From positions 95,693 through 159,692 of the forward strand of contig JAGWUP010000003.1 in assembly GCA_028868375.1 (NCBI GenBank): a stretch of DNA of 64,000 bases, given 5' to 3'. The notes under the pieces were generated by a model that saw only the letters and a list, made by a program, of their open reading frames with translations, was not told the DNA's origin and did not search any database. Made by a program: the position numbers and the translations under genes. This DNA comes from Elusimicrobiota bacterium. Its GTDB lineage: Bacteria; Elusimicrobiota; Elusimicrobia; UBA1565; UBA9628. Shown here one piece after another: positions 1 through 8,648 of this stretch (the first letter of the stretch is position 1; each line of letters begins with the position of its first letter).

Positions 1-1
1 C

Positions 2-256
2 ACCCAGAGCCGCTGCCGGCAGGACCACGGTCCCATCGATCCCGATTGCTCCTGCTTCGTCTGCCGCCGCTACAGCCGCGCCTACCTGGCGCATCTCTTC
101 CGCGCCAAGGAGCTGACGGCTTTGCGGCTGCTCTCCTTCCACAACCTGCGCTGCATGGCCGACCTCTGCGCCGAGATGCGCGGCGCCATCGCGGAAGGGC
201 GCTTCAAGGCCGCCTGGCGGGCCTTCCGCGAGTCGCAAGAAAACACTGGCGCTTGA
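2..256 (+). CDS. tgt: Queuine tRNA-ribosyltransferase, C-terminal part (5'-truncated by window edge)
   Basis: Frame 2 reads ...PIDPDCSCFVCRRYSRAYLAHLFRAKELTALRLLSFHNL...*. This is the CxCxxC..H zinc site and the YSRAYL/HNL motifs of TGT. Its usual neighbours yajC-secD-secF lie downstream. Confidence 0.93.
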   Translation, partial: TQSRCRQDHGPIDPDCSCFVCRRYSRAYLAHLFRAKELTALRLLSFHNLRCMADLCAEMRGAIAEGRFKAAWRAFRESQENTGA

Positions 257-297
257 CCGCAAAATCGGCTACACTCCGCCATATATAAGGAGGAGCA

Positions 298-774
298 ATG
301 ATTAAAACCGTCCGCCGCCTCGCTCGCGGCCGTCAGGGTTTCACGCTGATCGAACTGCTCGTCGTCATCCTGATCATCGGCATCCTCGTCTCGATCGCCC
401 TGCCCCAATATTTCAAGGTCGTCGAAAAAGGAAAGGCCTCGGAGGCCTTCGCCTATCTGGACGCGGTCAAGGGCGCTCAAGAGCGCCTCCTTTTGAAAAC
501 CGGCTCCTATTACAGCGGCGCCCTCGATCCCTCTCCCACCGCCTTCGACACCACCTTGCCCACCTTGAAGTATTTCACGGCGGGCAGCTGCACGACGGCC
601 AGCGTCGGCACCACCCCGACCTACGCCTGCACCGTGACCAGAGGAACGGGCAGCAGCCCGGCGCCATCCTCCTATGGTTCCTACGTGCTGACCTACGACA
701 GCGGGGCCAATCCCGCGCTGACCTGCACCGGCGGAAGCGACGCCGCCGCCTGCACGACCGACCTTCTGCCGTAG
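298..774 (+). CDS. Type IV pilin (PilE/PilA-like, N-methyl-Phe leader)
   Basis: RQG|FTLIELLVVILIIGILVSIALPQY class III signal with Glu5; 4 Cys in the globular head; AGGAGG RBS at 288-293. Confidence 0.93.
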   Translation: MIKTVRRLARGRQGFTLIELLVVILIIGILVSIALPQYFKVVEKGKASEAFAYLDAVKGAQERLLLKTGSYYSGALDPSPTAFDTTLPTLKYFTAGSCTTASVGTTPTYACTVTRGTGSSPAPSSYGSYVLTYDSGANPALTCTGGSDAAACTTDLLP

Positions 775-791
775 CCGGCCGCGCCTCAAGC

Positions 792-831
792 AAGGGCCTC
801 CTTCCTCGTTGGAAGGAGGCCCTTTTGTTTT
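792..831 (+). terminator. Rho-independent terminator after the pilin
   Basis: Perfect 14-bp stem AAGGGCCTCCTTCC / GGAAGGAGGCCCTT with a 5-nt loop, followed by TTGTTTT. Confidence 0.9.
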
Positions 832-841
832 AACGACAGCT

Positions 842-870
842 TTGACAGGCTTGCGAAAAAATGCCTTAAT
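842..870 (+). promoter_or_regulatory. Possible sigma70 promoter for hppA
   Basis: TTGACA (842-847), 17 bp spacer, imperfect -10 CTTAAT preceded by TG. Confidence 0.4.
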
Positions 871-925
871 AGCGCCCTCCTTATTAAAAGAAGATGATAC
901 TCCCTGACATTTCCTGGAGGCGGCG

Positions 926-3079
926 ATGGACCTTTCCCTCTCGATGAAACCGGCCTTGGCGCTGGTGTTCGGCATCTCTCTCTTGTCCTTGGGCGTGGCC
1001 TTCTGGCTGATCCAGTGGGTGATGGCGCGCGACACCGGAACGCCGGAGATGCGAAAGATCTCCGACGCCATCAAGAGCGGGGCGGAGGCCTTCCTGCGCC
1101 GGCAAAACCGCACCATCGCCATGCTGGCCTGCCTGCTGGCGGCGGTCATCTTCGTGCTCTACGGCTTCGTGCGCTCACACCAACAGTACGACGCGGCCTC
1201 CCCCATGACCCTGGCCCTGGTGACGACCCTCTCCTTCTTGATCGGCGCGGCCTGCTCCATGGTCGCGGGCTACATCGGCATGTGGGTGTCCATCCGCTCC
1301 AACATCCGCACGGCCTCCTCCGCGCGCACGTCCCTTAACGACGCCCTGCGCATCGCCCTGCGCGGGGGCGCCGTCTCCGGCATCTTCGTCGTCTCGATGT
1401 CCCTCTTGGGCGTGGGCGGAATTTTCGCGACGCTCAAGCTGATGGGCTACGCCTACCAAAAAATCCCCTATCTGATCGTCGGCTACGGCTTCGGGGCCTC
1501 CTTCGTCGCCCTCTTCGCGCAACTCGGCGGCGGCATCTACACCAAGGCCGCCGACGTCGGGGCGGACCTAGTCGGCAAGGTCGAGGCCGGCATCCCGGAG
1601 GACGACCCGCGCAACCCGGCCGTCATCGCGGACTTAGTCGGCGACAACGTCGGCGACTGCGCCGGCCGCGGAGCGGACCTCTTCGAGTCCACCGCCGCGG
1701 AGAACATCGGGGCGATGATCCTGGGGGTCGCCTTGGCCCCCTATTTCGGCTGGCGGGGCGTGCTCTTTCCGCTGGTGGCGCGCGCCCTGGGCATCGTCGC
1801 CTCGATCGTGGGCGTGCTCGTCGTGCGCACCAAGGAGGACGCGGACCCCATGCAGGCCCTCAACCGCGGCTACTACGTGACCTCCCTGCTCGCCGCGATC
1901 GGCTTCGCCGGGGCGGCCTACTGGCTGCTTTCCTCCGACCTCGCCCCGAACGCCTGGAAGTACTACACCCTCTGCGGCATCATCGGCATCGCCACCTCCC
2001 AGGCCTTCGTCTACATCACCCAGTACTACACGGAGTACAAGTACCGCCCGGTCCAGGAGATCGCCAAGGCCTCGGAGACCGGCCCGGCCACCAACATCAT
2101 CTCCGGCGTGGCGGTGGGCTTCGAGTCCACGGCGGTGCCCGTGCTCGTGATCTCGGCGGCCATCCTCGCCTCCTACAAGCTGGGAATTTTGGCCATCGGC
2201 TCCGAGGGCGGCCTCTTCGGCACCGCGGTGGCGACGATGGGCATGCTCAGCACCGCGGCCTACATCCTGGCCATGGACACCTTCGGCCCCATCACCGACA
2301 ACGCCGGCGGCATCGTCGAGATGAGCCGCCAGCCCGAGGAAATCCGCAAGAAGACCGACCGTCTGGACGCCGTCGGCAACACGACCAAGGCCCTGACCAA
2401 GGGCTACGCCATCGGCTCCGCGGCCCTGGCCGCCTTCCTGCTCTTCTCGGCCTACTTGGACGAGGTCTACAATTACGCCGGGCGGCATATCGGCGTCGAC
2501 CTGGCCAAGCCGGAGGTCTTCATCGGCGCGATGCTGGGCGCGATGCTGGTCTTCCTCTTCTCCTCCTTGGCCATCCGCGCGGTCGGCAAGGCCGCCTACG
2601 CCGTCATCAACGAGGTCCGCCGCCAGTTCCGCGAAAAGCCGGGGATCATGGACGGCAGCGAGCAGCCCGACTACGGCCAATGCGTCGACATCGTGACCCT
2701 GGGCGCGCTCAAGGCGATGGTCGCCCCCGGGCTTCTGGCCGTGGCCGGCCCGATCATGGTCGGCCTGGCCTTCCGGGTCTTCATCACTCCGGCCAATCCG
2801 ACGATCGCGGCCGAGTCGGTGGCGGGCCTGCTCATGATCGGCACCGTCGCCGGCATACTGATGGCGCTTTTCCTCAATAACTCCGGCGGAGCCTGGGACA
2901 ACGCCAAGAAGTTCATCGAGACCGGCGCCCACGGCGGCAAGCGCTCCGACCCCCACAAGGCGGCCGTCGTCGGCGACACCGTCGGCGACCCCTTCAAGGA
3001 CACCGCCGGCCCCTCCCTGCACGTGTTGATCAAGCTCCTGGCGACGATCACGCTGGTGCTGGCCCCGCTGTTCCTGTAG
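926..3079 (+). CDS. hppA: Membrane-bound proton-translocating pyrophosphatase, K+-independent type
   Basis: GGGIYTKAADVGADLVGKVE, DNVGD, DNAGG and GDTVGDPFKD motifs. GNTTKA carries the Lys that marks the K+-independent class. Confidence 0.95.
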   Translation: MDLSLSMKPALALVFGISLLSLGVAFWLIQWVMARDTGTPEMRKISDAIKSGAEAFLRRQNRTIAMLACLLAAVIFVLYGFVRSHQQYDAASPMTLALVTTLSFLIGAACSMVAGYIGMWVSIRSNIRTASSARTSLNDALRIALRGGAVSGIFVVSMSLLGVGGIFATLKLMGYAYQKIPYLIVGYGFGASFVALFAQLGGGIYTKAADVGADLVGKVEAGIPEDDPRNPAVIADLVGDNVGDCAGRGADLFESTAAENIGAMILGVALAPYFGWRGVLFPLVARALGIVASIVGVLVVRTKEDADPMQALNRGYYVTSLLAAIGFAGAAYWLLSSDLAPNAWKYYTLCGIIGIATSQAFVYITQYYTEYKYRPVQEIAKASETGPATNIISGVAVGFESTAVPVLVISAAILASYKLGILAIGSEGGLFGTAVATMGMLSTAAYILAMDTFGPITDNAGGIVEMSRQPEEIRKKTDRLDAVGNTTKALTKGYAIGSAALAAFLLFSAYLDEVYNYAGRHIGVDLAKPEVFIGAMLGAMLVFLFSSLAIRAVGKAAYAVINEVRRQFREKPGIMDGSEQPDYGQCVDIVTLGALKAMVAPGLLAVAGPIMVGLAFRVFITPANPTIAAESVAGLLMIGTVAGILMALFLNNSGGAWDNAKKFIETGAHGGKRSDPHKAAVVGDTVGDPFKDTAGPSLHVLIKLLATITLVLAPLFL

Positions 3080-3094
3080 GCCCGGCATCCGCCG

Positions 3095-3114
3095 TGCCCG
3101 CGCGGCCGCGGGCA
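3095..3114 (+). terminator. GC hairpin after hppA (weak terminator or stabiliser)
   Basis: TGCCCGCG-CGGC-CGCGGGCA 8-bp stem; no clear U tract. Confidence 0.4.
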
Positions 3115-3188
3115 TTCATCCGGAGATTGTGGAGGCCGCGGCAAATTAGTAAAATTCCCCGTCATTTTATTCTCTGTTTGGAGATTCC

Positions 3189-3485
3189 ATGCAACCGCAA
3201 CCGAATCCGATCATCAGCCTGATCCCGATCGCGGCGATCTTCGTCATCTTCTACGTGCTGCTGATCCGCCCGCAGCGCAAGCAGCAGCGCGAGCACGAGC
3301 AGATGCTGGCCGATTTGAAGAAGGGCGACCGGGTCCTGACGACCGGCGGACTCTACGGGACGATCGTCGGGATCAAGGGCAACGACCTTGAGGTCAGCTT
3401 CTCCCAAAGCGTCAAGCTGACCGTGGCGCGCTCGGCGGTCTCCCAAAGGCTGGCCGCGGCGGCCGCCGTTGGAGGCGCGCAATGA
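3189..3485 (+). CDS. yajC: Preprotein translocase subunit YajC
   Basis: IFYVLLIRPQRKQQ...LKKGDRVLTTGGLYGTIV signature; directly upstream of secD. Confidence 0.96.
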   Translation: MQPQPNPIISLIPIAAIFVIFYVLLIRPQRKQQREHEQMLADLKKGDRVLTTGGLYGTIVGIKGNDLEVSFSQSVKLTVARSAVSQRLAAAAAVGGAQ

Positions 3486-4897
3486 GCAAGTTCCAGATGA
3501 AATGGGCGGGAGTCGTCGCGTTGCTGGCCCTGGCCGTGGCCCTTCTCTATCCGACGGTCAACTGGTACATGCTGGCCCCCTCGGAGCGCGCCCAGTTGGA
3601 GGCACAGCGCAGCCGGCCCAAGTGGCTGCTCAACCTGGGCCTGGACCTGCGCGGCGGCACCTACCTGCTCATGGAGCTGGACGTCAGCAAGCTCGATGCC
3701 AAGGCGGACATCAACGACGCCATCCAGCGCGCCATCGAGATCATCCGCAACCGCGTCGACCAGTTCGGCGTGGCCGAGCCCCTGATCGCCAAGCAGGGAG
3801 ACCGCTGGATCGTCGTGCAGCTCCCCGGCATCACGAACTCCGCGCAGGCCAAGGAGCTGATCGGCAAGACCGCCTTGCTGCAGTTTCGGATGGTCGACTC
3901 CAGCGACGCCGCCCAGAAGGCCCTGGCCAAGATCTCGGAGCTGCCCGATCCCTTCGTCGGCAACCGCGCCTCGGCGGCGGCGGCCAAGCTGGTGCCGAAG
4001 GGCCTCGAGTTGTTCAAGGGCAAGGACGGCTCCTTCTATCTCTTGAGCGCGGACGTCCCCCTGACGGGGGCGCAGCTTGAGACCGCCCGGGTCGACACCG
4101 GCGGCAACTACGGCATGCCGGAGGTCGCCTTCAAGTTCAAGCCGGAGGCGGCGACCAAGTTCAGCAACCTGACGGCCGCCAACATCGGCAAGGACATGGC
4201 GATCGTCCTCGACGACGTCGTCTACTCGGCGCCCGTCATCAAGGGGCGCATCTCCGGCGGCTCCGGGGTCATCGAGGGCCAGTTCTCCATCGACGATGCC
4301 AAGGACCTCGCCATCGTGCTGCGCGCCGGCGCCTTGCCGGCCCCGGTCCGGGTCATCGAGGAGCGCACGATCGGGCCGACCGTCGGCGAGGACTCGATCA
4401 AGGCCGGCGTGCGCGCCACCCTCATCGCCGGCGCCTTCATCTTCATCTTCATGGCCTTCTACTACCATCTGGCGGGAGTGGTGGCGGACATCGCCCTGGC
4501 CTTGAACCTTATCTTCCTCTTGGCCTGCATGTCCTACTTCGGCTCCACCCTGACCCTGCCCGGCATCGCGGGCATCGTCCTGACCATCGCCATGGCGGTC
4601 GACTACAACGTGCTGGTCTTCGAGCGCATCCGCGAGGAGCTGGCCCTGGGCAAGCCGGTGCGCATCGCTCTCGACCACGGCTTCGACAGGGCCTTCACGG
4701 CGATCTTCGACTCCAACATCACGACCTTGATCTCATCCGTCTTCCTCTTCCAGTTCGGCAGCGGCCCGATCAAGGGCTTCGCGGTCACCCTGGTGCTGGG
4801 CTTGGCCATCGCCATGTTCACGGCGGTTTGGCTGACGCGCCTGATCTTCCAGAGCTACCTGCAGAACCGCGACATCACGACCATCAGCATCGGCTAG
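3482..4897 (+). CDS. secD: Protein translocase subunit SecD
   Basis: LGLDLRGG, IRNRVDQFGVAEP, LTLPGIAGIVLTIAMAVD.NVLVFERIREE. Confidence 0.97.
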   Translation: MSKFQMKWAGVVALLALAVALLYPTVNWYMLAPSERAQLEAQRSRPKWLLNLGLDLRGGTYLLMELDVSKLDAKADINDAIQRAIEIIRNRVDQFGVAEPLIAKQGDRWIVVQLPGITNSAQAKELIGKTALLQFRMVDSSDAAQKALAKISELPDPFVGNRASAAAAKLVPKGLELFKGKDGSFYLLSADVPLTGAQLETARVDTGGNYGMPEVAFKFKPEAATKFSNLTAANIGKDMAIVLDDVVYSAPVIKGRISGGSGVIEGQFSIDDAKDLAIVLRAGALPAPVRVIEERTIGPTVGEDSIKAGVRATLIAGAFIFIFMAFYYHLAGVVADIALALNLIFLLACMSYFGSTLTLPGIAGIVLTIAMAVDYNVLVFERIREELALGKPVRIALDHGFDRAFTAIFDSNITTLISSVFLFQFGSGPIKGFAVTLVLGLAIAMFTAVWLTRLIFQSYLQNRDITTISIG

Positions 4898-4907
4898 CGA
4901 GGATTCC

Positions 4908-5867
4908 ATGTATCTATTTCCCAAGACCAACTTCGATTTCCTAAGGCTGCGCTGGGCCTTCTTCCTCATCTCCGGCACCCTGCTCGGAGCCAGCGTCCTC
5001 TCCCTGGCCACCCGCGGAGTGCATTACGGCATCGACTTCACCGGGGGAACCGTCGTGGAGCTCAAGTTCGACAAGAACGTCGAGCTCAAGGACCTGCGGC
5101 AGGCGTTTAAAAAGGCCGGCGTGGCCGACGCCGCCATGCAGCGCTATACCGGCACCAACATCTTCTCCATCCGCATCCAGGCCAACGCCCAGCGCTCCTC
5201 CGAGCGCATCGACCAGGAGCTGGCCTCGGTGCAGGCGGATTTTCCCGGCAACGCCATGACGCTCGACAGCAAGTCCTACGTCGGCCCCGCCGTGGGGCGC
5301 CATCTCTTCCAGCAGGCGGTCTGGGCCATCGTGCTCTCCTTGGCCGGCATCATCATTTATCTGGGCTTCCGCTTCTCCAATCCGATCTGGGGCGTGGCCG
5401 GCATCATCGCCCTCTTCCACGACGTCCTGGCCACCTACGGGCTTTTCTCGATCATGGGCATGGAGGTCGACCTCTTGATCGTCTCGGCCATGCTGACCAT
5501 CGGCGGCTACTCGATTCACGACACCATCGTCATCTTCGACCGCATGCGCGAGAAGCTCAAGCACATGCGCAAGGAGCCCTTGGACCAGGTCATGAACGAG
5601 AGCATGAACGAGACCCTCTCGCGCACCCTGATCACCTCCTCTACCGTCCTGATCGTCGTGACGATCCTCTATTTCTTCGGCGGGCCGGTGATCCACCACT
5701 TCGCCCTGGCGATGGTCTTCGGCACCCTGGTCGGAACCTACTCCTCGATCGCGGTCGCCACCCCCCTGGTCTACGAGTGGACCCAGCGCGGCGCGCGCCG
5801 CCAGCGGCAGGCCCAGTCGGCCGCTCCAGCGCGCCCGACGAGCAAGCCCAAGCCCCTGAAGAAATAG
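4908..5867 (+). CDS. secF: Protein translocase subunit SecF
   Basis: YGIDFTGG, GYSIHDTIVIFDRMRE, TLSRTLITS, GTYSSI. Confidence 0.97.
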   Translation: MYLFPKTNFDFLRLRWAFFLISGTLLGASVLSLATRGVHYGIDFTGGTVVELKFDKNVELKDLRQAFKKAGVADAAMQRYTGTNIFSIRIQANAQRSSERIDQELASVQADFPGNAMTLDSKSYVGPAVGRHLFQQAVWAIVLSLAGIIIYLGFRFSNPIWGVAGIIALFHDVLATYGLFSIMGMEVDLLIVSAMLTIGGYSIHDTIVIFDRMREKLKHMRKEPLDQVMNESMNETLSRTLITSSTVLIVVTILYFFGGPVIHHFALAMVFGTLVGTYSSIAVATPLVYEWTQRGARRQRQAQSAAPARPTSKPKPLKK

Positions 5868-6436
5868 TGCGCAAGATCATCGGCTTCAAGCTTCCCCACA
5901 AGGTCAAGGAAATCCAGCGCCGCGCCAAGCGCGCCGGCCTGGACTTGGAGGCCCTGGGCCTAAGCGAGCCGGAGCTCTGCCTGCTGCTGGAAGGCGCCGC
6001 GCGCGCCTTGAAGCCCGCGGTGCTCTTCGACACGTTCTCCCAGCCGGACGCCGACGCCCCGGCGCTGGCCCCGGTGCAGGGGCTGGCCTACAGCCTGGTT
6101 TTGGCGACCCTGGGCCCGGGATTCTCCGCCGAGCGCGAGAAGGCGCGCCGGGAATCCCCGGAGCGCCTGCCCCTCTGGGAGCTCGCCCAACAGGTCGCCC
6201 TGGAGGAGGCGGTTCGCTTCGCCACCGCGATCCTGGAGGACGAGGCCGCCAAGGAGTCCTGCGAACTCTCCCCCCTATCGCCGATCAGCGAGGCCTCGGC
6301 GCTGGGGGCGCTGGTGCGCAAGCTCGACGGCTCCAAGATCGGCGTCGAGGCCTCCGGCGGCGCCCTCACCCCCGAGGCCACGACCGCCTGCGGCGTGAGC
6401 TGGCTGTCGAAGACGAAGGCTCGGGGCAGGAAATAG
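5867..6436 (+). CDS. Hypothetical protein resembling a degenerate B12-methionine-synthase activation domain
   Basis: GTG start overlaps the secF stop. Pattern P.VLF..F / LATLGPG / ALEEA / LDGSKIGV...LTPE.T recalls stand-alone MetH reactivation-domain proteins, but the R(F/Y)SPGY motif is missing. Confidence 0.5.
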   Translation: MRKIIGFKLPHKVKEIQRRAKRAGLDLEALGLSEPELCLLLEGAARALKPAVLFDTFSQPDADAPALAPVQGLAYSLVLATLGPGFSAEREKARRESPERLPLWELAQQVALEEAVRFATAILEDEAAKESCELSPLSPISEASALGALVRKLDGSKIGVEASGGALTPEATTACGVSWLSKTKARGRK

Positions 6437-7066
6437 TTGCGCAGGCTGCTGCCGTACCTCGCCTTCTCCTACGTGAGCCTGGTCGGAGCGACGACCCGCC
6501 TTATGGTCGTAGGCGAGGAGCGGCGGCGGCGGCTGCGCGCCGGCGCTCAGCGCTTCCTCTACGCCTTCTGGCATCAGCGCCAGGTCTTCTTCACCTACTC
6601 CCATCGCGGCGAGCGCGCCGCGGTCCTGGTCTCTCGCAGCCGCGACGGAGAGCTCATCGCCGAGACCATGCGCCTCTCCCGCATCGCGTCCTGCCGCGGC
6701 TCCTCCTCGCGCGGGGGCGCCGCCGCCGCGCGCTCGATGATCGAGAGCGTCCGCCAGGGCTACGACCTGGCCATCACGCCCGACGGCCCGAAGGGCCCGG
6801 CGCGCGAGGTCAAGCCGGGCGCCTTGTTTTTGGCAAGAGAGCTGGGCATACCGATTCTTCCCCTGACCAACGCCCTGTCCTTGCGCCTGGAGTTTTCCCG
6901 CTCCTGGGACCATTTCCAGCTGCCGCTGCCCTTCGGCCGCGCCGCCATCGTCTACGGCGAGCCGATCTGGGTGGGCCCGGACGATCAGCTGGAGGAGAAG
7001 GCCGCCGAGCTTAAGGCCTCGCTCGACTTAATCACCGCCGAAGCGGAGCGCCTGGTGGGCCGCTGA
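6437..7066 (+). CDS. DUF374 / lysophospholipid acyltransferase family (LpxJ-like lipid A secondary acyltransferase candidate)
   Basis: FWHQR, VLVSRSRDGELIA, RGSSSRGG, ITPDGPKGP, SWDHFQLPLPF motifs; coupled to waaA. Confidence 0.85.
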   Translation: MRRLLPYLAFSYVSLVGATTRLMVVGEERRRRLRAGAQRFLYAFWHQRQVFFTYSHRGERAAVLVSRSRDGELIAETMRLSRIASCRGSSSRGGAAAARSMIESVRQGYDLAITPDGPKGPAREVKPGALFLARELGIPILPLTNALSLRLEFSRSWDHFQLPLPFGRAAIVYGEPIWVGPDDQLEEKAAELKASLDLITAEAERLVGR

Positions 7067-8343
7067 TGGCGCTTCTGCTGCTGTTAGAGGACCTCTTGGC
7101 CCCCTTCGCCGCCGCGGCCGTCGCCCTGCGCTTTCTCCTGTCTTCGCGGCGCTCGGCGCTCAAGGGCCTGCGCGCGGAACTGCCCGAGCGTCTCGGCCGG
7201 CCGGCCCTGCCGCCGGGGCTGGGCAACGAGCGCGTCTGGCTGCACTGCGCCTCGGCCGGCGAGGTCAACGCGGCGGCGGCGCTCGTCCGGGAACTCTCGC
7301 GGCGCGGCAAGGCCGTGCTCCTCACCGCGACCACCGCCGCCGGAAGGGAGCGCGCCCGCGCGCTGGAAGGCGTGGCCGCGGCATTCCTGGCCCCGCTGGA
7401 CTGCGGACCGGCCGTCTCCTCCTTTTTGTCGCGCGCCAAGCCCGGCCTGCTGCTGGTCGTCGAGACGGAATTGTGGCCGCGCATGCTGGAAGCCTCGCTG
7501 CGGCGGGGCCTGCCCTGCGCCGTCGTCAACGCGCGCATGAGCCCCCGCTCCTTTAAGGGCTACCGATTGCTCTCCCCCTTGCTGCGGCCACTGCTGGGCA
7601 GGCTCTCCCTGGTGGCGGCCCAGAGCGAGGAGGACGCCCGGCGCTTCCGCGCCCTGGGGGCCGCTCGCGTCGAGGTGATCGGCAACATGAAATACGACGC
7701 GCCGCTTCCGGCGGCCTCGCTCGAGGCTCAGGCGCGCTTTAGCCTCCTGCGCTGGGAGGGCCGCGCGGTTTTCTGCGCCGGAAGCACCCATGCCGGCGAG
7801 GAGGAGGCCCTGCTCGACGCCTTCGCCGCGCTCGAGGGCGAGCTTAAGCCTTCGCCGCGATTGATCCTGGCCCCCCGGCATCTGGAGCGCGCGCAGGAGT
7901 TGGCGCGGCTCTTGGAGCGCCGGGGCCTCGCCTTCTGCCGCTGGAGCGCCCCCGATCCCGCGGCGCGCATCCTGCTCTTGGACGAGCTGGGGGCCTTGGC
8001 CGCCCTCTACGCCCTTTCCGACATAGCCTTCGTCGGCGGAACCCTGGTCCCCGTCGGAGGCCACAACCTCTTGGAGCCCGCGTTGGCCGGCCTGCCCGTG
8101 CTCTTCGGGCCTCATACCGAGCATCAGGCCGAAACCGCGCGGCGCCTGGAGCGCGGCGGCGGCCTGCGCGTCGAAAGCCCCGAGCGGCTGGCGCCGTTGC
8201 TCTTGGAGCTCTTGGAGCGGCCCGAGCGCAGGCGCAAGCTCGGAGCCGCGGCGCGGCGCACGGCCGAGGACATGCGCGGCGCGACCAGCCGCGCCCTGGC
8301 GCTTCTTGGGCCCATTCTCTCGCCTCAAGTTCTGGGCCCTTAG
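7066..8343 (+). CDS. waaA: 3-deoxy-D-manno-octulosonic acid (Kdo) transferase
   Basis: WLHCASAGE, ETELWP, NARMS, GNMKYD, AGSTH.GEE, APRH.ER, FVGGTL..VGGHNLLEP. Confidence 0.95.
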   Translation: MALLLLLEDLLAPFAAAAVALRFLLSSRRSALKGLRAELPERLGRPALPPGLGNERVWLHCASAGEVNAAAALVRELSRRGKAVLLTATTAAGRERARALEGVAAAFLAPLDCGPAVSSFLSRAKPGLLLVVETELWPRMLEASLRRGLPCAVVNARMSPRSFKGYRLLSPLLRPLLGRLSLVAAQSEEDARRFRALGAARVEVIGNMKYDAPLPAASLEAQARFSLLRWEGRAVFCAGSTHAGEEEALLDAFAALEGELKPSPRLILAPRHLERAQELARLLERRGLAFCRWSAPDPAARILLLDELGALAALYALSDIAFVGGTLVPVGGHNLLEPALAGLPVLFGPHTEHQAETARRLERGGGLRVESPERLAPLLLELLERPERRRKLGAAARRTAEDMRGATSRALALLGPILSPQVLGP

Positions 8344-8559
8344 GACCTGTGACACGATTATATAGACGATTTGGAGGCATGAGCTTGAGGCGATTTCAAG
8401 GCGCGAGGAGGGAGCATGGCGATAGCCATGTGACCGACGAGCAACGAAGAAATCGGCCAAGATCATGCCTCTGCCCTACGCCCGGGCGATTTTGGGCTGC
8501 GCCTGCGTCGCTCCAAAATCGCCTCGGCCAAATTGTCTATATAATCGTGTCACAGGTCC
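8343..8559. mobile_element. MITE-like / palindromic element, 217 bp, 32-bp terminal inverted repeats, flanked by TTA direct repeats
   Basis: GGACCTGTGACACGATTATATAGACGATTTGG (8343-8374) versus CCAAATTGTCTATATAATCGTGTCACAGGTCC (8528-8559): 31/32 complementary. TTA at 8340-8342 and 8560-8562. Several internal stems; no transposase. Confidence 0.8.
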
Positions 8560-8648
8560 TTAGGCCTAAATAGACCTAGGCTCACTGGCGCATGAGAGGA
8601 AGGCCCTGCGGCCCTATTTCTTCCCCCGCGGCCTTTCTAGAATCGGAT

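Noticed and set aside
247-262. Possible sigma54 promoter (TGGC...GCA) or TTGACC/TACACT pair before the solo pilin
   Set aside because: GG-GC spacing is 9 rather than 10 nt, and the sigma70 spacer is only 11 nt.
8349-8573. 74-aa ORF inside the palindromic element
   Set aside because: No RBS, no transposase motifs, and it is made of TIR and stem sequence; treated as a property of the element rather than a gene.
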